This document shows, one piece after another, positions 43,701-52,312 of a stretch of DNA of 64,000 nucleotides. The translations under genes were made by a program, and so were the position numbers. Below the pieces are notes generated by a model. That model was given only the letters and a program-made list of their open reading frames with translations. It made no database searches and was not told the origin of the DNA. Within the stretch, counting starts at the first letter, position 1. Every line of letters begins with the position of its first letter. Source of the stretch: Trypanosoma brucei (lineage: Eukaryota); assembly GCA_000002445.1 (NCBI GenBank), contig CM000208.1:1760001-1824000 (forward strand), read 5' to 3'.

Positions 43701-45340
43701 AGCCCCAGTTCGCGCCAGCGGTTTTGTATCAACCCGCGCAAACTGGTTGGCGGTGCTTTGGCGGGGTTCGTACACCCAACCAGCTCCTCACGGAAGCTCC
43801 TCCAAGTCAGATGTTCTTCGAGCCATGAAACCACGTAGCACGTTACCTTCGCATCCTTCCGCTCATAGCTGTCCCGAATGTATGGAAAGAAGCCGTTAAT
43901 CACAAAAGCATTCTCCTCAGAGAGGCGCGCAACGTACGCTCCAGGGGCAACCTTCAACACATCAGTGCATGAGCACCACATCTCGTACAACTCGGTGGAG
44001 GATATATCCCCAAGGATGCGCAAGGCAGAATCAGCATTCCACACCCGTCCACTCCGAACCAACTCCTTCCAGGACATGCCAAACCGCTCCTGGAATTCTT
44101 GCATTGTTTTGGGGCTCAACTCGATCAAATCGGGTGTTAAAACAGCGGCGTACTTCGCAATGGTTCCGTAATGCTGCTCCATCACGTGCCTCGACGCTAT
44201 TTCGCTTCCAGAGATATGGTGTTGAGACAAGATTTGTACGCCCTTAACCTGTGTGAGTCGTTCCTCCACCAGCGCTCGGGTTTCGGGGGTGTTGGCGTGG
44301 GGTTTCACAAACAGCAGGGCCCTGTTGCGTACCTCGTCTGGATCTTCATCGTTTAGTACAATAGTCCAATCAGCTATGCGTGAAGGTGAAATCGGAGTAT
44401 CAGCTTGATTCTTCCGTTCACTTAGGCACTTTTGTCTCTCATCAGCATAAACAGCGGCCACTAGACAGGTAGCCTCACTACTCTGCATGTCTTCTGTAAT
44501 CTCAAATACAGAGCGACACGCGCCCTTGTAGCTGATGGGGGGATTTTTCATCAGTCCCTCAACAAAACCTCGCCCAACACCCTCTTGCAGCAGCTGCCGC
44601 CCAAAGTCATCTTCGTTGATACCACGATGCATCCACACAGAGCGGAGCGCAAGTGCCTCAATGGGCCCATTGGCATATATCAGGCCGTTGTCCGCAATGC
44701 TTGGTTGTTCACTGAGCCCGTATTCCTCCCAGTTCTCGTACATCAATCGGCGGAGGGACGTTGAGTCGGCTTCGCTGGGGTCCGCCGCGCCGATCACCTC
44801 TAAACAAAACCGTTTCCACGAGTACCGCGCCTCGGGCCATGAAAGGACGAAGAAACAAATCTTACTAGTGGGAGCGGTGAAGGAATTAAATAGCAGCGGG
44901 TAAAAGCCATTAATTACATATAGCCCTTCCTCTTTGAAATATGATACATAGAACCCGTACTCAAGCCGAACCCGCAATTTGGATGACCACCAACGGGCGT
45001 TTAATCCTTCCATAGTTGTATTGAGGGCTACCATAGCATCCTCGGGGGTCAGCACACGCCGTTCCTCCATCGCGACGGTCCAAGATTCACCAAACGCAGA
45101 GAAAAAAAGCATGGCAGACTCCTCTGAAGCGAATGTCCCCATTTCTAGAGAGGAGGACATGACACGCGCCGCAGTTGCGCTGTAATGTCGCTCCACATAC
45201 GCGCCCCGGCTAACCTCCTGGCCTGTCAGTAGCTGCATGTCGTCCACGCGAATCCCATGGGAGTCAAAATGATCTCGTGCCTTCTCAATAAACGTATCCC
45301 TGCATGCACTGGGTTTAACTAGTACGAATGATGTATTCAT
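37775..45340 (-). CDS. Giant (2521 aa) protein with about seven tandem divergent nucleoside-diphosphate-kinase-like domains and a C-terminal EF-hand-like segment
   Basis: Seven repeats of the pattern [AF][LFV].VKP.A...(beta1), then EG/D.YV[VI]NGF.P, then YVVSW...W..F, then a Kpn-loop-like stretch, then NG..AS.GP. The last element aligns to NDK NIIHGSD: His is kept in repeats 2 and 6 (NGVHASAGP, NGLHVSQGA) and lost in the others. C-terminal RRRGNGRMTYEEFRVAL resembles an EF-hand. Confidence 0.75.
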   Translation of the reverse strand: MNTSFVLVKPSACRDTFIEKARDHFDSHGIRVDDMQLLTGQEVSRGAYVERHYSATAARVMSSSLEMGTFASEESAMLFFSAFGESWTVAMEERRVLTPEDAMVALNTTMEGLNARWWSSKLRVRLEYGFYVSYFKEEGLYVINGFYPLLFNSFTAPTSKICFFVLSWPEARYSWKRFCLEVIGAADPSEADSTSLRRLMYENWEEYGLSEQPSIADNGLIYANGPIEALALRSVWMHRGINEDDFGRQLLQEGVGRGFVEGLMKNPPISYKGACRSVFEITEDMQSSEATCLVAAVYADERQKCLSERKNQADTPISPSRIADWTIVLNDEDPDEVRNRALLFVKPHANTPETRALVEERLTQVKGVQILSQHHISGSEIASRHVMEQHYGTIAKYAAVLTPDLIELSPKTMQEFQERFGMSWKELVRSGRVWNADSALRILGDISSTELYEMWCSCTDVLKVAPGAYVARLSEENAFVINGFFPYIRDSYERKDAKVTCYVVSWLEEHLTWRSFREELVGCTNPAKAPPTSLRGLIQNRWRELGLQGIPTTTNNGVHASAGPLEAVLERYLWIGSPLTHDPLTLRLQERGLTGALLYGWRSNPAVVMADGVRSGHVFDLLENLQTSEVVDLMCEAEQHVLAEYNERSVNRAVVVLRPFAVNEWTIETVRNCFAAADVAVVRELTLLSRSVEKRYLGSNEFLKLAHWADFKKDDMCGNVSSSIKKQFHAQFGYTWEGCVISGQLMGATSACEVLGLTPTELLHLWESVQPVQLHSNCWVVHLTDHEIYVLNGFVPFVRETHGKPGSVTHVFDVEWKEDVWTWHDLSERLVGFSDDCIPYKATEGSLQRTFADEWKGFGLPFKPASRWSAAVSVSQGPLEGTVDREIWLDVQLPEDHFVQRLLLEGVPLSMLTTYIDGERNPQDEDDEEEEEGVKAIKNIDDTSSPPPKSWTSRKNWSATGCFLPQYTRSDLSYHVQSSEVVRRMKVITSRFLRGLKMNYAFLWVKPHACTKHVEAWIPKALLQHRIEVISSGRVPMAEVFDKELADRKQCTLYRNAMTRAVHEIPISTKQMAEFDATFGITWNTAMNLHLVINAAQAVDRIGVLQLLKDWDEAPRKVCLAPSLYIAYLEREGLYVVNGFYPYLRSRMYAGSHVSWYVVSWDSEIMTWGDFHRYVIGTDVPEKAEESSLRHTLYKSWVELGLQRQPDGIDNGFCASATPVEGLADRVSWLGVSLEQDVFGRLLVMGGVDPGYLRKILENPLVRHREEPLESMGDAFDKLCTENPLLIAQLIGLQSSGGMHIVSPQAPRFVPVPPELSSSHEYKVKRDTGKECVDGCKGVLRAEGKPLCPEGDTSSTLKDEEGNLKRNYAFIVVNPACTSSEASDRVINYIADFLRHYNIRIDGSGSMVGGNQDLSSVAHAVQDGVFKYAVRQSPYQYALDSEALSLFLSTFGTMWDPRKVFNAVDAAVEFDYSAAYLRDRWLMCEPLARIAPNCFVGKMPDHDVYVVNGFALHTVETFCGEANMKYFLTVSWNSSDMDYAHFMDYIIGDPYLKEARPGSLQQVLCEEWKAAGLRRPPDSFEGAVMASASPLEAMRLKQMWLSLGIKRDAVCRFGMDELSITPYVMRRCLTNPRTPCGDGRFLFDMARRMNSKEALQLLQSENFAHLSEAPRNSAFVLMKTGSLCRGFALTVETVFARARVRIDEEGDVSAATLRERDFVQHLYAVELEYADCDVSTIKLSRKERDRVQLSFGVSWCNLLEGGVLVNAYEALVALSNITPVQLFYKCTAASRRLMVRPGLEIFELPFDGVFVVNGLMPGLKCFLESSEAMHHWYVVSWEPREMDWPTFLEEVVGSESPADAVPTSIRGQLNRRWRDYGITEPPDELRNGLHVSQGAIQAIRERTKCVKYSVQEDYLGSLLLRKGVLECVLQTWVENPEVLSGGIKMSIFEHLGQCDTSRVMFMMTALSEELKREEEEVDPTGAARLPANECAHDGGRDGTASTPTQERHSTLGEEAEGPMTVSSRAPQPAETGPSLLYRNTAMIILKPHAAGNVKVMGLLERVLNENGIRIKREVRKRTTPTLIEKQFSSPMLYATTCTNGYLDVTPGGEDDFYDAFGEEWKEAAKSQRVVGAREALIRFSLTPSQLYVKWSLPQQQHVHLAYDMEITKFHAEDVYVVNAAIPFECERMIESEPGVNDVHCYIVSWDQRDCSWKKFLHDVIGDPDPERAVPTSFRGELFSDWEDYDLPVRPNRIDNVVLASEGPLQAYKERDLWCGTGDFAPDPLVRALCHVDHDPTDLSEWAENPLVRYTGSKRHELNDGYYTGHMFSFVHGLDTKQFIDVLTEREGTFVPLAPAHIGLDEKVSGNGPDVECERPKSREDDWVCDPQHYFGNPARNSDEAALKGWLWESLLHASAEDVPRLWVHYGGKLECKEELRKQGYVSSLLSRVAASSAGNRSSICDILRSTIDGEAFERDIKMLDFFGQPPSKGKMSKMFEGMRRRGNGRMTYEEFRVALAMIHQM

Positions 45341-45911
45341 CGGTGGTAATACGTCTTGAAAAAGTCTTTGTTACCTTGCTTCTTCTTGTGTATTCTGAAA
45401 GGAAGTGCAAAGGTGGTATATGATTTAGGCGGAACAACCAACAAGACAAGTAAAAGGAACAGGCACAAACTGGAAGAAAACGAAAAGCGCAAAATCGGCA
45501 ACAGAACAGGAACATCTAAATGCATTTCGTCAGGTAGCAGGTACATCCTGCGAAATAAAAAGAACGGATGCTATTGCTCGTAGACGGAAACTGCAAAACA
45601 AATGTATGATATAAAATATATCATACATTTATGCCGACTTTTTTTTTGGGGGGGGAGGGTACAACGAGAAACCCAACAACAGTAAAAACTAAAAAAAAAA
45701 GTGAGAAAACTTTACGCTGAAGCGCATCTAAAGAGAGTATACGTGAAGAGTGAAAAGAAATGGATGCTTGCAGGAGCGTATGACCGAAACATACCAAGGA
45801 GGCAGGAACTTACGTGTACGTCTCAAAATGCGAACCTGCACACCGGAGAACGTATTTCCCCCAACCTCCCCAAACGCACTGAATGTTTGTCTGTTCGCCT
45901 TAGCTTGTTTT

Positions 45912-47969
45912 CTAACGAGGAAATCGGAGCGCCGCGTTATACTCATTTATGAGCGCTACGGCGTCGCCCGGAATAGCCAACATGGCAGTGTTTAACTGAA
46001 CCAAATAAGCGGCCACCTGCATACCCTCCGCCACCCCTGACACAAGGCTCCGAATCTTTTCTACCTGCTGTTGGTGAAGGTGTATAGCGTTTTCATTTTC
46101 TAGAAGCGCACGCATAAGCGTTGCCACGTCATGGCCATGAAACACGCACTCACCCCTGTGGCAACTCTCCCCATAAGTTAGCGGAATGGTTCGTCCAGCG
46201 TTGCGGTCGACAAACATGCTAAAATCCACTAATTTTTCCCAGTGCACTGGAATTAGCAATGCCGAGGTCATGTCCTGAGCACCGCCACCATCAGGTAGAG
46301 CAAAGAAAATGTGGTTCAATCCGTAGAGATTACCGTGCACCGTGCGTCTCGCAACAAGGTCCAACAGCATCTTGAGTATTAGCTTCATACACGTAGGAAA
46401 CGAGCAAGGCGACAGGGGAAGAAGAGAGAGCGGAACGCTGCGGTACCCTTTAGCCAGTGTAATGACGGTCAGCCCCCCATCAGAGTAGCGGTAGCCGGCA
46501 ACATGCACAGCGGATGTACTGCCAGTGACATACGATAATCCAAGTGCCGCACGATGTGCCTCATTTACTCCCTCTTGCACTGCTCTTACGCTCCAGCGGT
46601 AAATAAGAGCCTGCGGAGGTGAGCCCATGGCAGAAGAACAAGAAGGGATAACTGAGGGCACGCCCTGCGTTGGACCCTCCGTCATTTCCTGCGCCTCGTA
46701 CACATCAGCAGAGGCATGGTGGCACACGATACGGTAAAAACGGCCTTCCAGAACCAAAACTTTGCCAGGCGATACCTGCGGTGCGGACGCATCACTTGTG
46801 TAAAATTCGCCACCTGAGCAGAACGCCTCAACGTTTGCGTTAACAAACGACAAAACGCTAGCAGCGGGGATGGTTTGGCTTTGAGCTCCATAAACCTTAG
46901 TAGGTATAGTGACGGGATGATGAACAGTGGACTGCGGCGTCGGTCCGCACTTGGGTGGGAAAAGCTGCTTTGTCGTGCGAAACTCCGACAACCCCTCTCC
47001 TGCGCGTTGCGATGCGGACCCATCCGCAGGACATTCAGGAGACGTTTTGGCGTGGAGCACCGAACTACTTGACGTTACGCCCTCCCCTCCTAGTCTATCG
47101 TTGACGGCACCTTGCCACTCCAAAGGAGACGCTGTGCTGCTTCGCAGAGGTGGCGCCGCCGAGGCTAATTGGCTCGTTTGGTTCTCGGACGACTGCCCAA
47201 GATCTTCACCAGTAGAGAGCAGCACTGGAAACGCGGAATGACGACCATCTGATATCACCTCTGATTGAAATAGTAATTGATCCCGTGGTTGTTGCCGCGG
47301 CTGCCCGACAACACCTTCTGACCATGGAAAGGGGTTCACGCATGGATTCGCTCTCCTATCAGGGTAAGTGGAAAATTGAGACATCGGAACCGTGCCAGCC
47401 GCTGCCGCCGCTGGTGTTAGCGTGTACGACTCCGATGGGGCGACCAAGCTGGAAAACCGCTGAGTTGATGCAGACACCTCAAAGTTACTTTCTGTGTCAT
47501 TCATTGGGGGCAAGTTGACATATGGTGTTGGTCGGTACACGGAGTCCCTGCCCTCGTGGTCCTGTTCCTCCACGTGGCCCACTGGGCGGGTCACAGAAGC
47601 GTGGTTTCTCTCATTACTAACACCAGTACCCGAAGCGAGACGCACAGCAGAGTTTCGTGTGGCATCCCCTCGTCCCTCCACACGGAGGAGTTCGTGTTGC
47701 ACCTCCGACTCGATTATTTGGTAGAGTACACACAGTTCACGACCACAGTTATCACGCACTGGAAACTGGGAACGAAACACTACATTGGGGTCTCGTGAAG
47801 TGAGCAGGCCATTCCTTCTCTTGGCATCATCCGTCTGGCATCGCAAACCCTCCACAGAGGTGGCATCTTCATCCTCTTTCATGTAATCGAGCAATGACAT
47901 GCGCCTGATGTAAGTCCTGTCAAACCCGTAGTAGGCCTTGTAGGGTGAATACGCATTGACTTCTTCCAT
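45912..47969 (-). CDS. Hypothetical protein with C-terminal protein-kinase-like (probable pseudokinase) domain
   Basis: HGNLYGLNHIF sits where HRDLKPEN is expected (catalytic Asp replaced by Asn). KLVDFSMF sits where DFG is expected. The N-terminal half is Ser/Pro-rich and low complexity. Confidence 0.55.
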   Translation of the reverse strand: MEEVNAYSPYKAYYGFDRTYIRRMSLLDYMKEDEDATSVEGLRCQTDDAKRRNGLLTSRDPNVVFRSQFPVRDNCGRELCVLYQIIESEVQHELLRVEGRGDATRNSAVRLASGTGVSNERNHASVTRPVGHVEEQDHEGRDSVYRPTPYVNLPPMNDTESNFEVSASTQRFSSLVAPSESYTLTPAAAAAGTVPMSQFSTYPDRRANPCVNPFPWSEGVVGQPRQQPRDQLLFQSEVISDGRHSAFPVLLSTGEDLGQSSENQTSQLASAAPPLRSSTASPLEWQGAVNDRLGGEGVTSSSSVLHAKTSPECPADGSASQRAGEGLSEFRTTKQLFPPKCGPTPQSTVHHPVTIPTKVYGAQSQTIPAASVLSFVNANVEAFCSGGEFYTSDASAPQVSPGKVLVLEGRFYRIVCHHASADVYEAQEMTEGPTQGVPSVIPSCSSAMGSPPQALIYRWSVRAVQEGVNEAHRAALGLSYVTGSTSAVHVAGYRYSDGGLTVITLAKGYRSVPLSLLPLSPCSFPTCMKLILKMLLDLVARRTVHGNLYGLNHIFFALPDGGGAQDMTSALLIPVHWEKLVDFSMFVDRNAGRTIPLTYGESCHRGECVFHGHDVATLMRALLENENAIHLHQQQVEKIRSLVSGVAEGMQVAAYLVQLNTAMLAIPGDAVALINEYNAALRFPR

Positions 47970-48399
47970 ATTTCCCCCTCACAACTACAAGTTCCCCTTC
48001 TGCTCAAAGAACTCGCACCACAAAACTATGGAAACAACGCCTCACCAACAAGTCTACACACGGCTTCAGCCTTCGACCCACTCCCTTCCGCACACAAAAT
48101 GACACGAAAACGAAAAGACTGTGATGCAAAGGTACACAGAAATTGAAGGCTGCAAGGCAAAGAAAGAAGTTAGAGCTAACGACGATTATGGCACCAATGA
48201 GTATGGTTGGTAAGGGAAAAAAAAACAAATCGAACGGTCCAGAGGTATATGGAAACACAAAAAATAACGAGTACGTACGTGTATATACACAAATAAATAT
48301 ATGTAAAAGTCTCTTTACTACCACATTCAGGATGACGAAGTTTCAGTGATCCAAATCCAATTCGCACTTAGCTCAAAATCAAACGATCGCGCACGCGCC

Positions 48400-49803
48400 T
48401 TACCCACTGGGTGGGGCACTATGCTTTATAACAGTAACACAAATCAACTCCCGACACTCAGGGTAGGACAAAACTTTGTCCAACGATTCACGTGAGGCGT
48501 GCAACCCCACATTCGTCGAGCCTCTAATACCGTTCATTCCCCTACCCGCCGTCTTCTGCTCTGTCTCTCTCTGGCCAGCTTCTTGTGACAGCCACCGCAG
48601 AGCCACACTGTCCAACATTTCAAACACCGTCAACGACAGCTCACCTCCTGCCCTGTTGTCATCGTTTTCCACACTATTGCTATTACTGTTGCCACTGACA
48701 CCGTCCCCACCTCCAGCACTAATCATTATATTGGGAACGAAATGGCCACTATTGGTGTAGCCGTGCACGATGTCACCAATCCGAGTGGTTGCCATCTCTC
48801 GGCGTATTGTGAAGAGGTGCGCCACCATTGGACACAGTAAACCCATCACGTGCGCAGGGGACACCATGACATGGACGAAGCTTGTAATCGGAGTAGTGTC
48901 ACGTGGGAGTTGTTCCTGCCGCTGCTGCCTCTGGTACTTCAACAATGCAGGGCTGCGAAGTGAGAAGGGGGGCTCACGAGCACGGGACAAGAGAGGTCGT
49001 GCGAACAGGAGCGCCACAACTTTCAACAATCGAAAGAGCAACGGGACTCTCCCCGGAATGTAGCATCCCGGTACGCTATGGTGCAACATGGCACCGCGCA
49101 ACACGATTAAAAGGTGCCGCAAGTAGCGGGATACCTCACAAGAGAGCGTCACAGTGTCCACCAGCTCGCAACCATCCTCTGAGAGCATCACTTCAAGCAT
49201 ATTGCGCCTATTGACGACGTTTGACTCATCATTGTCTGTAGACTGAATAACCGCAGCACTTTCCATGGTGAACGATGACATGTACGTGGATAGTGCGAAA
49301 CCTGCACGTAACCATTCCGGGACTGCCGTTGCGAATACACGGGCGTCACAGTACGCCACAATACGCAAAGAAGGCACGCGTCGAACCTCCCCACCCACAC
49401 GGACAACGGAGAACTGCAGCACATCCATGATTGCGGACTGCACGGAGGGTGTAGCGGCAGCCAGGCCAGTTAAGCAGATAATATTCACAGGCCGTTGTTT
49501 CCCCTCTACGATATTGTTACCGGTAGAACTAGCGGTTTCTGCGCGGGATACGAAACTGCAGAAGGTTTCACTACTGGTTTGTTCGGTGAGTCGCAGCTCC
49601 AAGTACGTTGGCCCCTTCGGCATCGATGTCACGGTGGTGTTACAAGCCCCGTCATGAAGTACAAGAAGGTGTGCGGATGGCACGCAACAACATACTGAGA
49701 CAAGCACGTACAGCTGCCGGCACTCGCATAGCACTGGATGGTTCGTAGCGGGCCACTGACTGGAAAGGGGATCGGGAAAACACTGGCTAAACGTGGCCGG
49801 CAT
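48400..49803 (-). CDS. Hypothetical protein (467 aa)
   Basis: Long ORF on the cluster strand with coding-like composition. No motif recognised. Confidence 0.6.
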   Translation of the reverse strand: MPATFSQCFPDPLSSQWPATNHPVLCECRQLYVLVSVCCCVPSAHLLVLHDGACNTTVTSMPKGPTYLELRLTEQTSSETFCSFVSRAETASSTGNNIVEGKQRPVNIICLTGLAAATPSVQSAIMDVLQFSVVRVGGEVRRVPSLRIVAYCDARVFATAVPEWLRAGFALSTYMSSFTMESAAVIQSTDNDESNVVNRRNMLEVMLSEDGCELVDTVTLSCEVSRYLRHLLIVLRGAMLHHSVPGCYIPGRVPLLFRLLKVVALLFARPLLSRAREPPFSLRSPALLKYQRQQRQEQLPRDTTPITSFVHVMVSPAHVMGLLCPMVAHLFTIRREMATTRIGDIVHGYTNSGHFVPNIMISAGGGDGVSGNSNSNSVENDDNRAGGELSLTVFEMLDSVALRWLSQEAGQRETEQKTAGRGMNGIRGSTNVGLHASRESLDKVLSYPECRELICVTVIKHSAPPSG

Positions 49804-50323
49804 TTCTCCACTGTTGAAGCGTTACAGCTACGGTATGTGTCTCAAGTGCTGTAGGACGACACTCCCAATAACATATCTTGCCACACACGTAGAGAAGGAG
49901 GGGAACGACGTTGCCCAACATTCAGTAACAAAGGAATAACACACAAACAAACCAAGGAGGAAAGGAAAGTTGCGTTTAAAAAACAATAAAGTCGCGAGGG
50001 GAACACAAAAGAAAAGCGGGAAATACTCAAGAAAAAAACGTAACCAACCACGGCTATGGCGCGCGTAAAAAGCACACAGCGCAGGACACCTCAAATAGCG
50101 CTGCGAGAGAAGGAAAAGAGAGGGTAAGAAAACGGCTGTGAGATCAATCGCTACACCACAACCATAAAAGAAATACTGAGAAGGGGCGGCAACGAAACGC
50201 ATCCACTGAGGAAGCGTTCGCCCCGTTGATGGACAGGCCCCTTATCCTTTTTCGTCTTCGTGAAGCAGAAACGATAACGCAGTTTCGTGGAAACGGTATG
50301 GAAAAAAAAAGAAATTGCAAGGT

Positions 50324-51901
50324 CTATAGTGCGTCAGGAGAATCGATGCGTGGGGAAAGTGCGTTATCGTCTCCAAAATTACTTACGTCCCAAAGCTCCT
50401 CCCCACTTAAATTGTGGGGCTCGTGGCTGCCATTGGCTCTAGTACCTGCCACCGCCCCAGTCGCAGTGCGCCGACGGGAAACTACCCTTCTAGTGTCTGA
50501 AATGTTTGTAAATGCGTGAGAAAAATCATCGTTACCCTGCAGGGCGTCAGGAGTAAATGCAGTGCCTCCATCACCAAAGGCTGTGCTTTCATTCTGCCTC
50601 TCTCCCCCAAAGACGTCAGGATACCCTATACTGCCAGGACGCTGCCATTGTTGTACCGTTGCCGCTTGGTTGTCACCTACCGATGCGTCGAAACCCCCCA
50701 CAGCTCCTGGGGCCAAACCCGCTCTATTGAGAGATAAGTCACTGAGGTTATCGACATTAAAAACATCAGCTAAATTGTCAGCACCACGTCCCATCATCCC
50801 TGAGCCAAACGGGGGCACGGTGTCGCCGACACCCTGCACCACAGGAGTCCCATCCGGCCTCAGTGGCTCCGCCTTTTGCAGCCCCGAAGAGCCCCAATGC
50901 ATCGCGCTTCCTCCCGCATGAGGTTCATCCTCCAACAGAGAGTGCATATTTTTGAACTGCTCTTCCTGGGCGCGGGTGGCGAATAGTCTTCGCATTTCCT
51001 CCACCTGTTCGTTGTAGTCGGCTTCTGTCATAAGGGCATAACTTCGCACGATGCGGACTCGTTCCCCTCTCCCAATAGCATCACGAGCCTCCGATATGAT
51101 CCTCTCCCGTGCCGCGGTATGAATGCTGAGTGCTGCCTTATCTACAGAAAGCCTTATACCAGTCTTTTCCCACGGTACGTCTGACATTGAAAAAAGGGCT
51201 ATTGCCGGATCGTGTGATTTATATACCCGTGTGACAAGTCCGATTGTGTATATGATAAGGTTGACAATGGCTGCTCCCATAGCCCACTCGAGCCGGGTTC
51301 CGAACAGATGGAACCCATCAAAGCCAGACTCTAGAAGTTTCTCGTTATCTTCCTCGGCGAGCTTAGCCGCACAGAATTCCAAACTGGCACTGTAGTAAGA
51401 CCGAACAGGACCTGACACCGCCACAAGCGCGATGATCGTGACGGTCAAAACGTATGCCAATACATTTAAAATGAGATGCACTGGTACGTGTAGACCAAAC
51501 AAATGCATATGACGAATATTGGTGGAGTAGCAATACCCACCCGCAACACCGTTGAGGGCCGCCAGGAACTGCACAACTAGAACAGCGCGCATGTGTTGCA
51601 GCATAGAAATAATCGCAAAGGGAAGAGACTTAGCGTTGACACCCACCACCACTCCGACACCGTAAATTGGCATTATGCCTTCGTACTCGCAGTTACTCAT
51701 CACCATTTCTAGCGAATCAGAAAGATTCGCGCCGGGAGCGCTGAAGCTGCCATGCATACCTGCCTGCAATCGAACGTCAGCCTCGGTTAGAAGCACAACG
51801 TAACTAATGACGAAAATCGCCGCACCCAACTGATAAAGTACCCTCATTACTCGTTCAACCCTCTGTCGGGGGGACGTAGGAAACGGAAAGACGAAAAACA
51901 T
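50324..51901 (-). CDS. Hypothetical multi-pass membrane protein with Gly/Asp-rich disordered C-terminal region
   Basis: Four or five hydrophobic spans in the first roughly 230 aa (for example AAIFVISYVVLLT, VLAYVLTVTIIALVAVSG). Then a helical and a Gly-rich tail. Confidence 0.6.
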   Translation of the reverse strand: MFFVFPFPTSPRQRVERVMRVLYQLGAAIFVISYVVLLTEADVRLQAGMHGSFSAPGANLSDSLEMVMSNCEYEGIMPIYGVGVVVGVNAKSLPFAIISMLQHMRAVLVVQFLAALNGVAGGYCYSTNIRHMHLFGLHVPVHLILNVLAYVLTVTIIALVAVSGPVRSYYSASLEFCAAKLAEEDNEKLLESGFDGFHLFGTRLEWAMGAAIVNLIIYTIGLVTRVYKSHDPAIALFSMSDVPWEKTGIRLSVDKAALSIHTAARERIISEARDAIGRGERVRIVRSYALMTEADYNEQVEEMRRLFATRAQEEQFKNMHSLLEDEPHAGGSAMHWGSSGLQKAEPLRPDGTPVVQGVGDTVPPFGSGMMGRGADNLADVFNVDNLSDLSLNRAGLAPGAVGGFDASVGDNQAATVQQWQRPGSIGYPDVFGGERQNESTAFGDGGTAFTPDALQGNDDFSHAFTNISDTRRVVSRRRTATGAVAGTRANGSHEPHNLSGEELWDVSNFGDDNALSPRIDSPDAL

Positions 51902-52312
51902 GACAGCTCGCTCAATGTATGCCGAGAGAAGAGCGAAGAAAAAAGGAGGGAGCTGGTTTGGTACAACGCAGCTCCTAAGTTTATGAATATGTGTATTTAT
52001 GTATGTATGGTACGACTTTGCTTCACTAAGGGGAAAACCTGAAGCGTTTGAAAACTCTTGTGTCTCTACTCTACTTTTATCGGAAGTATCGGTGTAAGTT
52101 CTCTCTGCGACAACACCTTAGATAAATTCAAATGGAGGAAAAGAGAAAGTTAGAGCAGAATAAGAAGCAATATAAATAGAAAATGCAAAAGCCACCTCAT
52201 CAAAGCACCTAGCACAACAACGGCGTGAGAGTTACCGGTAAAGGTGTATTAAATAGACACGCTCTCCGCCACGCATCGACATGTACTCCACCACCTGTAT
52301 TCCCCCGTGTGA

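Noticed and set aside
38177-44903. Numerous plus-strand ORFs (up to 210 aa) inside the giant NDK-repeat gene
   Set aside because: Antisense to a 7.5-kb uninterrupted ORF with internally repeated, conserved domain structure. Expected by chance in GC-rich coding DNA.
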